From contig JACPKL010000001.1 of the NCBI GenBank assembly GCA_016187035.1, positions 78,607 to 142,606 of the forward strand: a stretch of 64,000 nucleotides of DNA. Direction: 5' to 3'. Positions 9,266 to 19,144 of the stretch are shown here, in pieces. How positions within the stretch are numbered: the stretch's first letter is position 1; each line of letters opens with the position of its first letter. Source of the stretch: Candidatus Daviesbacteria bacterium (GTDB lineage: Bacteria > Patescibacteriota > Microgenomatia > Daviesbacterales > UBA10151). Below the pieces are notes generated by a model, which was given only the letters and a program-made list of their open reading frames with translations, had not been told where the DNA came from and did no database searches. The position numbers and the translations under genes are program-made.

Positions 9266-10189
9266 TCACTTCATATTCTCTAAATATTCTTCTGCGTCAA
9301 AGGTAGCTTTACAGCCTGCTCCTGCAGCTGTGACTGCCTGGCGGTAATGATAATCAGCCACATCCCCTGCTACAAACACTCCATCTACTGAGGTTTTAGT
9401 TTCATCATGGATAACAACATATCCTTTTTGATCTAAGTTTATTTGCCCTTTTAAAAATGTTGTATTTGGTTTATGGCCTATGGCAATAAAAATGCCATCT
9501 ATTTGAAATTCTTGGGTCTCCCCGGTTTGGGTATTTTTTAATTTTACGCCAGTCACTTTATCCTGCCCCAAGACTGCCTCTACTTGAGAATTCCAGATCA
9601 AATCAACGTTTGGTTTGGATTTGACTAGCTCTTGTAAAGCCAGTTGGGCCCTAAGTTGATCCCTTCTGTGGACTACTGTGACCTTTTTACAAAGCTTGGA
9701 TAGATAAGCTGCTTCCCTCATGGCAGTATCCCCTCCTCCTACCACTACAACATTCTTACCTTTGAAGAAAAACCCATCGCATACTGCACAGGCAGAGACT
9801 CCTTTTCCCCGAAGCTTTGTTTCCGATTCTAAACCCAACCACATTGCTGAAGCTCCTGTTGCCAGGATAACTGTTTGAGCTGACAATACTTGGGTTTCTG
9901 TTTTAATTTCAAAAGGCTTTTTGGAAAAATCCACTGATACCACATCTTCACTGATAAATCTGGTGTTAAAACGCTCTGCCTGTTTTCTGATTTTACTCAT
10001 CAACTCCGGTCCTTGAATACCCTCAGGAAAACCTGGAAAATCGTCTACATCTGTAGTCTGGATTAACTGTCCTCCTGCTTCCCTACCAGCTATTACTAAC
10101 GGGTTTAGGCCTCCTCTGGCAGCATAAATGCCGGCTGTTAATCCTGCCGGTCCAGAACCAATAATAATCAGTTTCTCACTCTTTTCCAT
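9266..10189 (-). CDS. trxB: thioredoxin-disulfide reductase
   Basis: 'IIGSGPAGLTAGIYAARG' FAD motif, redox-active 'CAVCDG', and second dinucleotide motif 'VVGGGDTA'. Confidence 0.92.
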   Translation of the reverse strand: MEKSEKLIIIGSGPAGLTAGIYAARGGLNPLVIAGREAGGQLIQTTDVDDFPGFPEGIQGPELMSKIRKQAERFNTRFISEDVVSVDFSKKPFEIKTETQVLSAQTVILATGASAMWLGLESETKLRGKGVSACAVCDGFFFKGKNVVVVGGGDTAMREAAYLSKLCKKVTVVHRRDQLRAQLALQELVKSKPNVDLIWNSQVEAVLGQDKVTGVKLKNTQTGETQEFQIDGIFIAIGHKPNTTFLKGQINLDQKGYVVIHDETKTSVDGVFVAGDVADYHYRQAVTAAGAGCKATFDAEEYLENMK

Positions 10190-10193
10190 ATCC

Positions 10194-10448
10194 CTATCTT
10201 CTTGTTCCGCCGGAAGTAGCGCTTCTCTGCCTTACCGAACCAGTCGCTTCTTTACCTTGAGGGCTAGCTGATGGTGAAGCAGATTGCTCTGGACTGCTAG
10301 CAGGACTAGGTGTAACCTGTATCTCCTCGTTGATCTGAGGACTAATCGGCGGCTGATATCTGCTTCTCAACCAAACCAAATACCCCGCTATTACTACTAG
10401 TACCAAAATTGTCACCACAATTGTGATATTTCTATTGATAAAAATCAC
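10194..10448 (-). CDS. small single-pass membrane protein with a Ser/Pro-rich tail
   Basis: One TM (ITIVVTILVLVVIAGYLVWL) followed by a low-complexity SP-rich region. Tightly spaced with trxB. Confidence 0.5.
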   Translation of the reverse strand: MIFINRNITIVVTILVLVVIAGYLVWLRSRYQPPISPQINEEIQVTPSPASSPEQSASPSASPQGKEATGSVRQRSATSGGTRR

Positions 10449-10494
10449 CTCCCAGGCAGTTTGACGATATCTTAAACCTTTTTAGGCTGTAAAA

Positions 10495-11136
10495 TCAACC
10501 CTTTGACAGACCCAGGGTAAATATTGATGCAAAAAACCCCATTCCTGCCCCCAGTAGCGCCCCGCCAATCACATCTGATGTCCAATGTTCCCCTAAATAT
10601 ACCCTGGTTACTCCCATTAACAAAGAAAAAACCAATATAGAAAGCGTACCGATATATTTCATCAGAGGGTTTTTTGATTTATAGATCATAGCCAGCAAAA
10701 TGGTAGCAATAAAAATTGTCCTGGTCATATGCCCTGAAGGATAAGAATAATCAGTATGAACATAGAAAGACGGTAATGTTGTAAATAAAGAGGTTCTATT
10801 TAAAAAAAATGGAGGAGCAGGATGAAATAATACTAGTTTTCCAAATACCTCTCCCATTGATGCCGGCACAATCATTGACCAGCCTAAAATTGCCAGCCAC
10901 TTTAACCTAATCATTGATAGAACAGCCATTATCAAGCAAAAACCAATTGTGACTTCTGCACTGCCTAATAAGCTAAAGTAGGAGAAATATTTATCAAACC
11001 TTCTTGAGATATGATCCTGCAGCTTAACAGTGGTATCAAAATCAAATTGAACCCATCTTTCTTTGGCAACAGTATAAGAAAAATAAGTAAACAAAATAGT
11101 TAAGAGCAAGGCGCACAGGAATAGTTTTTTTCTCAC
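10495..11136 (-). CDS. PAP2-family phosphatase (membrane)
   Basis: PAP2 motifs 'SYPSGH' and 'RVYLGEHWTSDV'; multiple TM segments. Confidence 0.8.
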   Translation of the reverse strand: MRKKLFLCALLLTILFTYFSYTVAKERWVQFDFDTTVKLQDHISRRFDKYFSYFSLLGSAEVTIGFCLIMAVLSMIRLKWLAILGWSMIVPASMGEVFGKLVLFHPAPPFFLNRTSLFTTLPSFYVHTDYSYPSGHMTRTIFIATILLAMIYKSKNPLMKYIGTLSILVFSLLMGVTRVYLGEHWTSDVIGGALLGAGMGFFASIFTLGLSKG

Positions 11137-11151
11137 AGAAGATAATTGTAC

Positions 11152-11574
11152 TTAAATTTTCAGCATCTTGCTAGTAGAGTAATTACCTGCTAATTTAGTC
11201 ACATATTTTAATTTTGCCCCGACCAGTTTAGCTGCCCTTTCTTTGTGGTGACTGTCAGGATCTCCTTGGGTTGTTGCAATCACATCTGGTTTAATTTTTT
11301 TGACAATAGCATCATATTTATCTTCTGCTTCTATAAAGGGAAGTAATACTACTTGATCCACAGACTTTAAAGCTTTTAAAACCAATGCCCTCATCTTCTG
11401 TTTATGAACCGGACGGTTAACCCCTTTTATTTTCTTGATTTTCTCATCACTTTCTAAAAGAACTATTAATTTATCTCCCATTTTTTTAGCTTCCTCAAGA
11501 AAAATCACATGGCCTGGATGTAACACATCAAAACATCCTCCAACCAAAACAATAGTTTTCTTTTGAGAATTCAT
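11152..11574 (-). CDS. cytidylyl/adenylyl-transferase family protein (HxGH nucleotidyltransferase)
   Basis: 'GGCFDVLHPGHVIFLEEA' HxGH motif; about 140 aa, like TagD/RfaE-II/RibL-type enzymes. Confidence 0.75.
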   Translation of the reverse strand: MNSQKKTIVLVGGCFDVLHPGHVIFLEEAKKMGDKLIVLLESDEKIKKIKGVNRPVHKQKMRALVLKALKSVDQVVLLPFIEAEDKYDAIVKKIKPDVIATTQGDPDSHHKERAAKLVGAKLKYVTKLAGNYSTSKMLKI

Positions 11575-11634
11575 TAAGAACGATTATAACGTTCTCATTA
11601 CAAGAAGTGAACGATGTAATTAAGAGTAGACAAC

Positions 11635-11808
11635 TTAGGTTAAAGACATTTCGTTTTTTGGTTTTTGCTGCCTAAGTTCATTATGGATTTTTATTTCCGT
11701 TACAACATCAGCAATCATTAATATTAACATGATCAACAGCACTATAGGAATAACGCTTTGAAGAAACTCAAATCCCTCAGTATTGTGGGTAATTATATAA
11801 GATACCAT
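11635..11808 (-). CDS. possible 57-aa membrane peptide
   Basis: My own translation: MVSYIITHNTEGFEFLQSVIPIVLLIMLILMIADVVTEIKIHNELRQQKPKNEMSLT*. It has one hydrophobic segment, is below the ORF-track cutoff, and is the only ORF in a 420-nt gap. Confidence 0.25.
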   Translation of the reverse strand: MVSYIITHNTEGFEFLQSVIPIVLLIMLILMIADVVTEIKIHNELRQQKPKNEMSLT

Positions 11809-11954
11809 AAATATTTACAGTATTTTATCTATTCCTATTAATAGGATAGCTATATTTCTGAAAGAATCATGTAAGACATTTAGAAGTCATATTCATTTCA
11901 GAAGCGGGTGGACATTTCTATGCAGTAAAGTTAATACGGTTATTTAGTTGTTTC

Positions 11955-11978
11955 TCGAGTAAGAACTATCTGGCTCCC
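11955..11978. repeat. distal copy of the tRNA-Asn 3'-end/downstream direct repeat
   Basis: 'tcgagtaagaactatctggctccc' matches 14407-14415 plus 14441-14458. The last 8 nt equal the tRNA-Asn 3' end (gggagcca on the minus strand). Confidence 0.6.
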
Positions 11979-11997
11979 TAACCCTCAGGCCAAGTTA

Positions 11998-12618
11998 TTA
12001 AAACCCCAGCTTTTCTTTAACTAAAATAACTGTAATCCTTCCCAGGCTTACCTCTTTGTTAATGATGAGAATTTTATTGACAGCCGAGGGCATACCATAA
12101 GCTTTTCTGGCTCGCTCATCCTCCAAAGGCAAACAGTATTCATAAATTCGCTTTATTCCTTCTTCTATACTTTTGACAATTTTTTGTGTACCTACTACAA
12201 AGATTGCCTTACCTCCGGCATAGGCTTCCGCTGAGAGCTGACTGCCCGTATTTGAGGCAATTAAAAGATTGCCGTCTTCTGTGACTGCAGAGACTGAAGC
12301 CACCACCCAGTCAGGAGCAGCACCAAGCTTTGCCATCTCTCTGCTTTGGGTATTTCTATCCATGGCATAAAGTTTCGGTCTGACAGCATTATATTTACCA
12401 GACTCGTTAATTTCCCTGTCTACCCCAATGACTTCCAAAGTTTGAGAGCTCATGGTAAAAACCTCTGTCCCAGAAGGTAGAAGCTGTAAAACTTTATTCT
12501 TGGCTTCTTCACTGTTTCCGACCACCTCTACCTTAAAATTGTTCGACCGTAAGGCTTTCACTGTTGTTTGAATGGCCTCTGCGTTTGCCAGTTGGCCATA
12601 TTTTTCATTTGGCTTCAT
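11998..12618 (-). CDS. LUD-domain (lactate utilisation C-like, DUF162) protein
   Basis: Size and overall sequence pattern resemble LutC/LUD family proteins. No catalytic motif could be verified by eye. Confidence 0.6.
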   Translation of the reverse strand: MKPNEKYGQLANAEAIQTTVKALRSNNFKVEVVGNSEEAKNKVLQLLPSGTEVFTMSSQTLEVIGVDREINESGKYNAVRPKLYAMDRNTQSREMAKLGAAPDWVVASVSAVTEDGNLLIASNTGSQLSAEAYAGGKAIFVVGTQKIVKSIEEGIKRIYEYCLPLEDERARKAYGMPSAVNKILIINKEVSLGRITVILVKEKLGF

Positions 12619-12740
12619 ATTGACCCACCTCCTTTTTTACTGTCAACTATCTTTGTAAGTTCCTGACGGGAAATATTACTCTTTCGTTTTAAGGCTGATA
12701 AAATCTGTTTTTGACGACTACTAAGATTCGTATCATTCAT
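12612..12740 (-). CDS. possible 42-aa HTH peptide
   Basis: MNDTNLSSRQKQILSALKRKSNISRQELTKIVDSKKGGGSI* resembles a DeoR/MarR-type HTH N-terminus. Its stop overlaps the LUD start (ATGA). Below the ORF-track cutoff. Confidence 0.3.
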
Positions 12741-12792
12741 ATGCTTTAATCGTACCATAAATGATACGAATAGTGAATGTAACTACAATATC

Positions 12793-13365
12793 TTAAAAAG
12801 ACCTTGCAGCAATTACTGCTATAAATATCCCGATTGAGTTTAAAAGGAAGGATAGTATAAGAAACTGCCAGTTCTTTAACTTTGACACGCCAAGTAATCC
12901 TATTCCTAGCTCATCCGGAAAAGGAGAAGCAATAATCAAAGCCCCTAAAAAGGGTAGTAACCATCCAAAATATGGTGTTTTAAATAGTTTAACTAATATA
13001 TTACCTCCACTATTTAGAAATAGAGGTTTAAGCTCGTCAAATACCCTGTCCCTTAAAAACCTGAAGATTAAATAATCACCAACTACCGCACCTATTCCGG
13101 CAAATAACGCTACCATTAGAGGATTAAGGTGATCTGCAAGAAAGTAAAGAACCACTATTGCAGGAGCCACAGTAAAAATAGAAACAAAGAGTATTCCTGT
13201 AATAAAAGCTCCGATATAACCGAAGCTGCCAATCAAATCGATGGTGTTTCGTACAGCGGGATGCTCCGCAAAGAGAAAAAAGACAGTCAAGCTAAGAATG
13301 AGTAAAGCAGTATTTTTATAATGCCAATTTTTCCATCTGTTATTTAACCTAACCAATTCTTCCAT
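12793..13365 (-). CDS. polytopic membrane protein (DedA/VTT-like)
   Basis: About 5 TM segments, with 'GAVVGDYLIFRF' resembling the DedA/VTT signature. Confidence 0.55.
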   Translation of the reverse strand: MEELVRLNNRWKNWHYKNTALLILSLTVFFLFAEHPAVRNTIDLIGSFGYIGAFITGILFVSIFTVAPAIVVLYFLADHLNPLMVALFAGIGAVVGDYLIFRFLRDRVFDELKPLFLNSGGNILVKLFKTPYFGWLLPFLGALIIASPFPDELGIGLLGVSKLKNWQFLILSFLLNSIGIFIAVIAARSF

Positions 13366-13384
13366 ATATTTATCTTACTATCGT

Positions 13385-13636
13385 CTAAGCTATCTTAAAT
13401 CCTTTTTCATTTATCCAAGATGTTATGGTAGATGAGACTAATCCCAAGATAAAAGAAGAGATTGTTATATTTAAAGCTGCCTTACTAAACCCAATACCAT
13501 GAAACCAGGATCCCGCAATGGAAAATGAAATATCAGGAAATAATCCCACCAAGATAGCACACAGTACAAAAACAGAAGCTGTTGTCACAGCTAAAGCATT
13601 AGGGATAGCATATGATTGTGTTTTCATCAATTCCAC
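13385..13636 (-). CDS. small two/three-TM membrane protein
   Basis: Hydrophobic 83-aa ORF with no recognised motif. Confidence 0.5.
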   Translation of the reverse strand: MELMKTQSYAIPNALAVTTASVFVLCAILVGLFPDISFSIAGSWFHGIGFSKAALNITISSFILGLVSSTITSWINEKGFKIA

Positions 13637-13771
13637 CTCCTCTCGAGAAAATTCATTAGATAATCACATCATTGCATTAATAACAAGAGGTGTAAAGAGG
13701 AAATGAGAACAAAATTGGCTCCGTATTCCTAGTTTTAATCGAACTTGAAGTATCAATTCGAACCTATCTTG

Positions 13772-14056
13772 CTAATCTAGGACTACTTTTTTCTCCCCTT
13801 TTATATATTGACGAATTAATAAACCGATTAAGGTTTGATAGGCTATACCATTTCTCTTGGCTTTCGCTTTAACCTTAATCAAATCCTCAGTATTAACCCT
13901 GAGTGTGATACTTTTTGTTTGTTGTAACTGCCTGAAGTTTTCAGCAGCTTCCTGAAACATCTGTTTAGTAGCTTCTAAATTAGGTACGCTAACAAATTCG
14001 CCCTTATCTAGCGCATCCTCTATTTCTTGCTCGTATTTATCAAGTATGACTCTCAT
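13772..14056 (-). CDS. BrnA-like antitoxin (RHH C-terminus)
   Basis: It overlaps the upstream toxin gene by 4 nt. The C-terminal 'ITLRVNTEDLIKVKAKAKRNGIAYQTLI' is a ribbon-helix-helix pattern typical of BrnA/COG3514 antitoxins. Confidence 0.65.
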   Translation of the reverse strand: MRVILDKYEQEIEDALDKGEFVSVPNLEATKQMFQEAAENFRQLQQTKSITLRVNTEDLIKVKAKAKRNGIAYQTLIGLLIRQYIKGEKKVVLD

Positions 14057-14376
14057 TTTTTGATACCTCCTTTCAAATATTTATCAGTCAACACCCTACT
14101 TGGATAGACTGTTTTAAGGAAAATTGCTCTTCTTTTTTTATCTATTACGTAAGGCACTGCATACACGTATTCTTTTATCTTTATTACTAATATTCTCTGG
14201 TGAGGATATTTTTTGCTACTATGCTGTATGTCAACTAGTATTTTCTTCTCTTCAATAGCAGTAACTACATCCTCAAACCCCACCCTCCTAGTTTCTTTTA
14301 ATAACCAATTCTTCTCTTCGGCGAATTCAATTCTGTAACCTTTGTACTGCACAAAGATATTATACTCTGTGTACAT
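14053..14376 (-). CDS. BrnT-like (DUF497) toxin
   Basis: 107 aa. 'IEFAEEKNWLLKETRRVGFEDVVTAI' resembles the BrnT 'FEWDxxKxxxNxxKHGxxFEEA' region. Operonic with the RHH partner. Confidence 0.6.
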   Translation of the reverse strand: MYTEYNIFVQYKGYRIEFAEEKNWLLKETRRVGFEDVVTAIEEKKILVDIQHSSKKYPHQRILVIKIKEYVYAVPYVIDKKRRAIFLKTVYPSRVLTDKYLKGGIKK

Positions 14377-14406
14377 ACTTTGTCAATACATAAAACGAGG
14401 CTAAGT

Positions 14407-14458
14407 TCGAGTAAGTAAAGCTTGCGATCCTTCGGATCTAAAGAACTATCTGGCTCCC
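14407..14458. repeat. proximal copy of the direct repeat at the tRNA-Asn 3' end (with a 25-nt hairpin insertion)
   Basis: It reads 'tcgagtaag' + 'taaagcttgcgatccttcggatcta' + 'aagaactatctggctccc'. The inserted piece contains the gatcc-ttcg-gatc stem-loop. Confidence 0.6.
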
Positions 14459-14525
14459 CCGGGAGGATTTGAACCTCCAACCTAGCGATTAACAGTCGCG
14501 CGCTCTACCGTTGAGCTACAGGGGA
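14451..14525 (-). tRNA. tRNA-Asn(GTT)
   Basis: Minus strand: tcccctgtagctcaacggtagagcgcgcgactGTTaatcgctaggttggaggttcaaatcctcccgggggagcca. It folds as a cloverleaf, with GTT central in the 7-nt loop, and the CCA is encoded. Confidence 0.9.
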
Positions 14526-14641
14526 TTATTAATGTGCCTGGGATATTTTATCATCTAATAAAACACTTATCCATCCGTATTCTCCGATTAGGGTGATTAG
14601 GGATATTTTGGGAAATTAGGGAAAGCGGAGAAAATAAGCAT

Positions 14642-15733
14642 TTATTCCAGGTAATCTCTTAGCTTTTTGGCTCGGGTTGGGTGTTTGAGTTTTCTGATGG
14701 CTTTGGCTTCAATTTGTCTGATACGCTCCCTGGTTACCCCAAATTCTCTTCCTACTTCCTCAAGCGTCCTCTGTTTGCCATCTTCTAATCCAAACCTAAG
14801 CTGCAAAACCCTCTTTTCTCTGGGAGATAAAGAATCCAATACTTCATCTAAGTGAATCTTCAAAAGCTCCCTGGTAGCTTGCTCATCCGGTTGTAAACCC
14901 TGATCAGCAATAAAATCACCTAAATGTGAATCCTCTTCGTCTCCAACCGGAGTTTCCAAAGATGTAGGCTCTTGCGAAACTTTAATAATCTCTCTGGCTT
15001 TTCCTTCATCAATCTCCAAAACTCTACCTACTTCTTCAGGGGTTGGTTCTCTACCTAACTCCTGCATAAGTCTTCTTTGAGTTCTATTAAACCTGTTAAT
15101 AGTTTCAACCATATGAACTGGAATGCGGATGGTCCTGGCCTGATCAGCAATAGCCCTGGTGATAGCTTGCCTAATCCACCAAGTGGCATAAGTTGAGAAT
15201 TTATAACCGCGCCGCCAGTCGTATTTATCAACAGCCCTCATCAAACCAATGTTTCCTTCCTCTATCAGATCAAGTAAGCTCATACCACGTCCTACATATT
15301 TTTTAGCAATAGAAACAACCAAACGTAAATTGGCGCTAATCAGTCTATCCCGCGCCTCCTTTTCATCTCTTTCAGCTCTTTTAGCAAGATCAATCTCATC
15401 AACTGCGGTTAAAAGCGGAATCTTTCCAATATCTCTTAAGTATTGTCTAACTGGATCTGTTACAGCACCTTCTTCTAAAGTGGACAAAAGTTCTAATTCT
15501 TTCTCTAAATCTGTGGTAATTTTGGATTCTGATTCTAATTCCTCAGCTGTTGTTTCAAATACATCAATATTTTCATTAATGAGCTTTATATAAAACTCAT
15601 CCAAAGCCTCAATTGTTTCTTCAGGCTTGGGAAAAACTTGCAATATTTCTTCTTGAGTTACAAATCCTCTCTCCTTACCCAACTTGAGTATTTTTTTTAA
15701 ATCTAATAATACTTCTTTTTTATGTTTAGCCAT
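14642..15733 (-). CDS. rpoD: RNA polymerase sigma-70 factor
   Basis: Regions 1.2-4 are recognisable: '[41 protein letters not shown]' and region 4 '[20 protein letters not shown]'. Confidence 0.95.
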   Translation of the reverse strand: MAKHKKEVLLDLKKILKLGKERGFVTQEEILQVFPKPEETIEALDEFYIKLINENIDVFETTAEELESESKITTDLEKELELLSTLEEGAVTDPVRQYLRDIGKIPLLTAVDEIDLAKRAERDEKEARDRLISANLRLVVSIAKKYVGRGMSLLDLIEEGNIGLMRAVDKYDWRRGYKFSTYATWWIRQAITRAIADQARTIRIPVHMVETINRFNRTQRRLMQELGREPTPEEVGRVLEIDEGKAREIIKVSQEPTSLETPVGDEEDSHLGDFIADQGLQPDEQATRELLKIHLDEVLDSLSPREKRVLQLRFGLEDGKQRTLEEVGREFGVTRERIRQIEAKAIRKLKHPTRAKKLRDYLE

Positions 15734-15737
15734 ATTT

Positions 15738-17513
15738 TTAGAGATTTTTCAGCTTTACTGACAGATCTCTGAAACGCTTATTCAGCGTTTCCACCATTTC
15801 CATCTTACCAAATTCCTGGGCATTTTTAATTTCAAAAGACAATTTTTCTAACGAGGCTTTAATTAAAGCCTTTTTCAGCTCTGCCACCACCCCTGTCATC
15901 TCTTTTTGCCAGTTTTTTGCATCAACCAGCTTACCATCTAACTCTGTTAAGTATAATGTATCTACTTCTGTTAGTAATTCTTTAGGTAAGTTGGCAGAAA
16001 ACTCATTAATATGAAAGGCCCTCATTTTAAATGAAATAGAATCTAAATATAACACCAGTAAAACATATAACTGCCTGAAAGCTTCTTTTAAAAATAAAGT
16101 TTCTGGAAAAGATGGCACAAAATCAGAATCCTTAGGAGGATGTAAAAGCAAAGCAATTAAATATTCCTCAAGTAATTCTCTTCTGGACCTAGCTCCTACC
16201 ACATTATCTTGTTTATTTTTTTGCTGAAAAATCTGTTTAAAGTTGGGCTCAGCTGATTTTCTGATCTTTTCAATAGTGTCCCGCAGGATCTTATCATCTA
16301 TTTTGAGAAAGGCTGACAGCTTTTGAATATAGTGTTCTCTGACTAAATCATTAGGTATTTTTGCCCAAACAGGAATCAATTCTTCTCCAATCCTTTTTAA
16401 ATCAGATGCTTTTTTAATATCAAAACGGCGGGCTGTTGAGAAAAGGTAATAATCATAAATAGGTTGTGCATCCTGAATAGCTTTTTGCCAAAGATTTTTA
16501 TCCTCTTTAATAATTTCTGCAGCGTCTTTACCCCCCATTATCTCTATAACTTTAATGTTTAAATTTGCTTTCTCAGCTAACTCAATACCTCTTCTGGAAG
16601 CACTATCCCCAGCTAAATCCATATCAAAACAAAAGCTTAAATTTTCAGTATATTTTTTCAACAGTTCAATTTGACCCTCAGTTAAAGCAGTTCCTTTGCA
16701 AGCTACCACATTTTTAAATCCTGCTTGATGAGATAAAATCACATCCATTTCTCCTTCCACCAAGATAGCTTCTTTTTTATTTCTAATCTCAGTCTTAGCT
16801 AAATTCAAACCAAACAAAAATTGGCTTTTATCAAAAATTGGTGTTTGAGGACTATTAATATATTTTGGTTCAACTGCATGTAAAACACGGCCTGAAAAAC
16901 CTCTCAATTTCTCCTTTCCGTCAATTAAGGGAAAAGTGATTCTACCCCTAAAACGATCGTAACAACCAGCTTTTGAACTAACACCTAAACCTGAGGTTAC
17001 TGTTTCTGAAATAGTAAAGTTCCTTTTGAGCAAAAATTTAGTTAGGGATTCCCAGGAATTTGGGGCATATCCTAAACCAAACTCTTCAATAGCAAGGGAT
17101 GTGATATTCCTACCTCGGAGATACTCTAAAGCTCTTTTACCCAAGTTATGCTTGGTTAGCATATAATGGAAAAACTCCTGAGCTTTTAAATTGATTTCAA
17201 ATAGTCTATCTTTAAAATCTTTTTTAGCCTCAGTTTGCCTAAGAGTTATACCAGCTTTTTTAGCTAAAGTTTCTAGCGCATCTTTAAAATCCATCCCTTC
17301 CTTTTCCATTAGAAAAGTAAAGACATCACCACTTTTACTGCAGCCAAAACATTTAAAAATCTGCCTTTCCGGGGAAACTACAAAAGAAGGAGTCTTTTCA
17401 TTATGGAAAGGGCAATTAGCTTTAAAATTTACACCAGCTTTTTTAAGGGGAAGGTATTCCTGGATTAAATCTACAATATTTACTTTTTGTTTAATCAGTT
17501 CAACATCATCCAT
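15738..17513 (-). CDS. dnaG: DNA primase
   Basis: Zn-ribbon '[25 protein letters not shown]'; TOPRIM '[11 protein letters not shown]'. Adjacent to rpoD, the classic operon. Confidence 0.95.
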   Translation of the reverse strand: MDDVELIKQKVNIVDLIQEYLPLKKAGVNFKANCPFHNEKTPSFVVSPERQIFKCFGCSKSGDVFTFLMEKEGMDFKDALETLAKKAGITLRQTEAKKDFKDRLFEINLKAQEFFHYMLTKHNLGKRALEYLRGRNITSLAIEEFGLGYAPNSWESLTKFLLKRNFTISETVTSGLGVSSKAGCYDRFRGRITFPLIDGKEKLRGFSGRVLHAVEPKYINSPQTPIFDKSQFLFGLNLAKTEIRNKKEAILVEGEMDVILSHQAGFKNVVACKGTALTEGQIELLKKYTENLSFCFDMDLAGDSASRRGIELAEKANLNIKVIEIMGGKDAAEIIKEDKNLWQKAIQDAQPIYDYYLFSTARRFDIKKASDLKRIGEELIPVWAKIPNDLVREHYIQKLSAFLKIDDKILRDTIEKIRKSAEPNFKQIFQQKNKQDNVVGARSRRELLEEYLIALLLHPPKDSDFVPSFPETLFLKEAFRQLYVLLVLYLDSISFKMRAFHINEFSANLPKELLTEVDTLYLTELDGKLVDAKNWQKEMTGVVAELKKALIKASLEKLSFEIKNAQEFGKMEMVETLNKRFRDLSVKLKNL

Positions 17514-17637
17514 AGTCTAACAATCATCCCAAAAGTCCCCTGTACCAGACGGCGCAGGGAGGCTTCCAGGTATTGCGGTGGGAATTATACCCCAAAGAAG
17601 TCCCGAAGGCAATACTACTGGTATAATAGACGATACT

Positions 17638-17724
17638 GGAGGAGTCAGATAGCGGTTTATTCTACGCGCTTGGAAAGCGCGCGAGCGCAAGCTCACGCGG
17701 GTTCGAATCCCGCCTCCTCCGCCA
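17638..17724 (+). tRNA. tRNA-Ser(GGA)
   Basis: ggaggagtcagatagcggt...cgcgcttGGAaagcgcg, a long variable arm (cgagcgcaagctcac), T-arm gggttcgaatccc, and encoded CCA. Confidence 0.9.
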
Positions 17725-17765
17725 AACTTGACAAGTTGTCAAGAAAATATTATATTTTACATAGT

Positions 17766-18005
17766 ATGCAACAGTTGACTGTAGGTCAGTTTAAATCAAA
17801 ATTTTCACAAGTATTGGAAAAAGTGCTGCAAGGTGAAAGCGTTGGCATTACCTATGGCAAGAGCAAAAAAAAAGTAGCAGCTCTGGTGCCGTATAATAAG
17901 GTATTTAAGAATCACAGCATTAAATTGGGTTTACTTACAGGAAAGGCTTCGTTTAAAATAAGGCGTGGTTTTAAGATGACCGACGAAGAATTTTTGGGAT
18001 CGTGA
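17766..18005 (+). CDS. Phd/YefM-type antitoxin
   Basis: The track ORF 17487..18005 was trimmed to the Met after the tRNA (MQQLTVGQFKSKFSQVLEKV...). There is a 4-nt overlap with the downstream PIN gene. Confidence 0.65.
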   Translation: MQQLTVGQFKSKFSQVLEKVLQGESVGITYGKSKKKVAALVPYNKVFKNHSIKLGLLTGKASFKIRRGFKMTDEEFLGS

Positions 18006-18400
18006 ATTATCTGATTGATACACATTTATTCTTGTGGGCTCTATTTTCTTCGAAAAAAATCTCAAATTCTGTAAAAAAGATTTTACTAAACCCTCAAGAT
18101 GCAAAGTATATCAGCGCAGTTACGTTTTGGGAGATTTCTCTTAAATTCCAACTTAAAAAAATTGAGTTAAAAGGAGCTTTACCGGACGAGTTGCCAAATC
18201 AAGCCCAAAAAATCGGCTTTGAAATTTTAAACCTTGATTCCGAAACAGTATCTTCATTTTACAAATTGCCTATAATAAAAAATAGGGACCCATTTGACCG
18301 GATGCTGGCTTGGCAAGCTATTAATAAAGATTATTGCTTGCTGACACAAGATCCTGATTTTGCAGAATATAGGGACCATGGCTTGAAGGTAATCTGGTAA
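18002..18400 (+). CDS. vapC: PIN-domain toxin (VapC family)
   Basis: 'LIDTHLFLW' N-terminal acidic PIN motif; C-terminal 'DPFDRMLAWQA...LLTQD'. Confidence 0.8.
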   Translation: MNYLIDTHLFLWALFSSKKISNSVKKILLNPQDAKYISAVTFWEISLKFQLKKIELKGALPDELPNQAQKIGFEILNLDSETVSSFYKLPIIKNRDPFDRMLAWQAINKDYCLLTQDPDFAEYRDHGLKVIW

Positions 18401-18420
18401 AAAATTACCAACTTGCCCGT

Positions 18421-18675
18421 TTGAATTTTGTGTATAATATTAAAGAGATGTTTAATTGGAAATTTCCAGATTTAGGGGCAGGAATTTTTATCCTTATTTT
18501 ATGGGAGGTTTTTTGGAAAGGGATTGCTCTTTGGAAAAGCGCTAAAAGAGGAGACCTTCTTTGGTTTATTGCTATATTTTTAATTAACCTTTTTGGTTTC
18601 ATACCTATTTTCTATTTGTGGCAAACCAAACAATTAGGAGATGTTTTCATAAAATTTAAGAGCTTCTTTAAGTAG
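18421..18675 (+). CDS. small two-TM membrane protein (DUF5652-like)
   Basis: 'WKGIALWKSAKRGDLLWFIAIFLINLFGFIPIFYL' pattern. The start codon is uncertain. Confidence 0.5.
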   Translation: MNFVYNIKEMFNWKFPDLGAGIFILILWEVFWKGIALWKSAKRGDLLWFIAIFLINLFGFIPIFYLWQTKQLGDVFIKFKSFFK

Positions 18676-19089
18676 AACTTTATCCTGTGAGAAAGTTAAT
18701 TGTTTTAAAGCATCTTCAGGTATATACCAGCCAGCCTCTTCCACCTCCCAGTCATGCAAAGAAGGATCTCCGGATAAAAATTTCATTAAAAAATATGTCA
18801 CCACCTTAAAGATTTTTTCATTATTAAATGTATATACATATTTTGAATAACCAATCTTATCAATAATTTCTGCTTCCACTCCCCCTTCTTCTTTAACCTC
18901 CCTTAAAGCAGCTTCTTTGGTGGTTTGGCCCGGGTCAATTAAACCCTTAGGAAAACTCCAGTGTTTACGTTCTGCGTCAGCAGAAGGCAAGGTTCTACGA
19001 AGTAGGTCCTTCTTTTGAGACCGCTGAATCAATAACACCTGTCCTTTATCATTAAAAACTATCCCTCCAGCACTAAATTCCCGTTTCAT
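18634..19089 (-). CDS. NUDIX hydrolase
   Basis: Nudix box 'GLIDPGQTTKEAALREVKEEGGV'. Confidence 0.85.
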   Translation of the reverse strand: MKREFSAGGIVFNDKGQVLLIQRSQKKDLLRRTLPSADAERKHWSFPKGLIDPGQTTKEAALREVKEEGGVEAEIIDKIGYSKYVYTFNNEKIFKVVTYFLMKFLSGDPSLHDWEVEEAGWYIPEDALKQLTFSQDKVLLKEALKFYENIS

Positions 19090-19144
19090 CCAATCTATTG
19101 TACCATTGACAAAATATTGGTAATACTATAAAATTGGTAATACT

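Noticed and set aside
17487-17765. N-terminal 93 codons of track ORF 17487..18005
   Set aside because: This part runs straight through tRNA-Ser(GGA) (17638-17724) and has a biased Arg/Tyr composition. Only the portion from the Met at 17766 resembles a Phd/YefM antitoxin.
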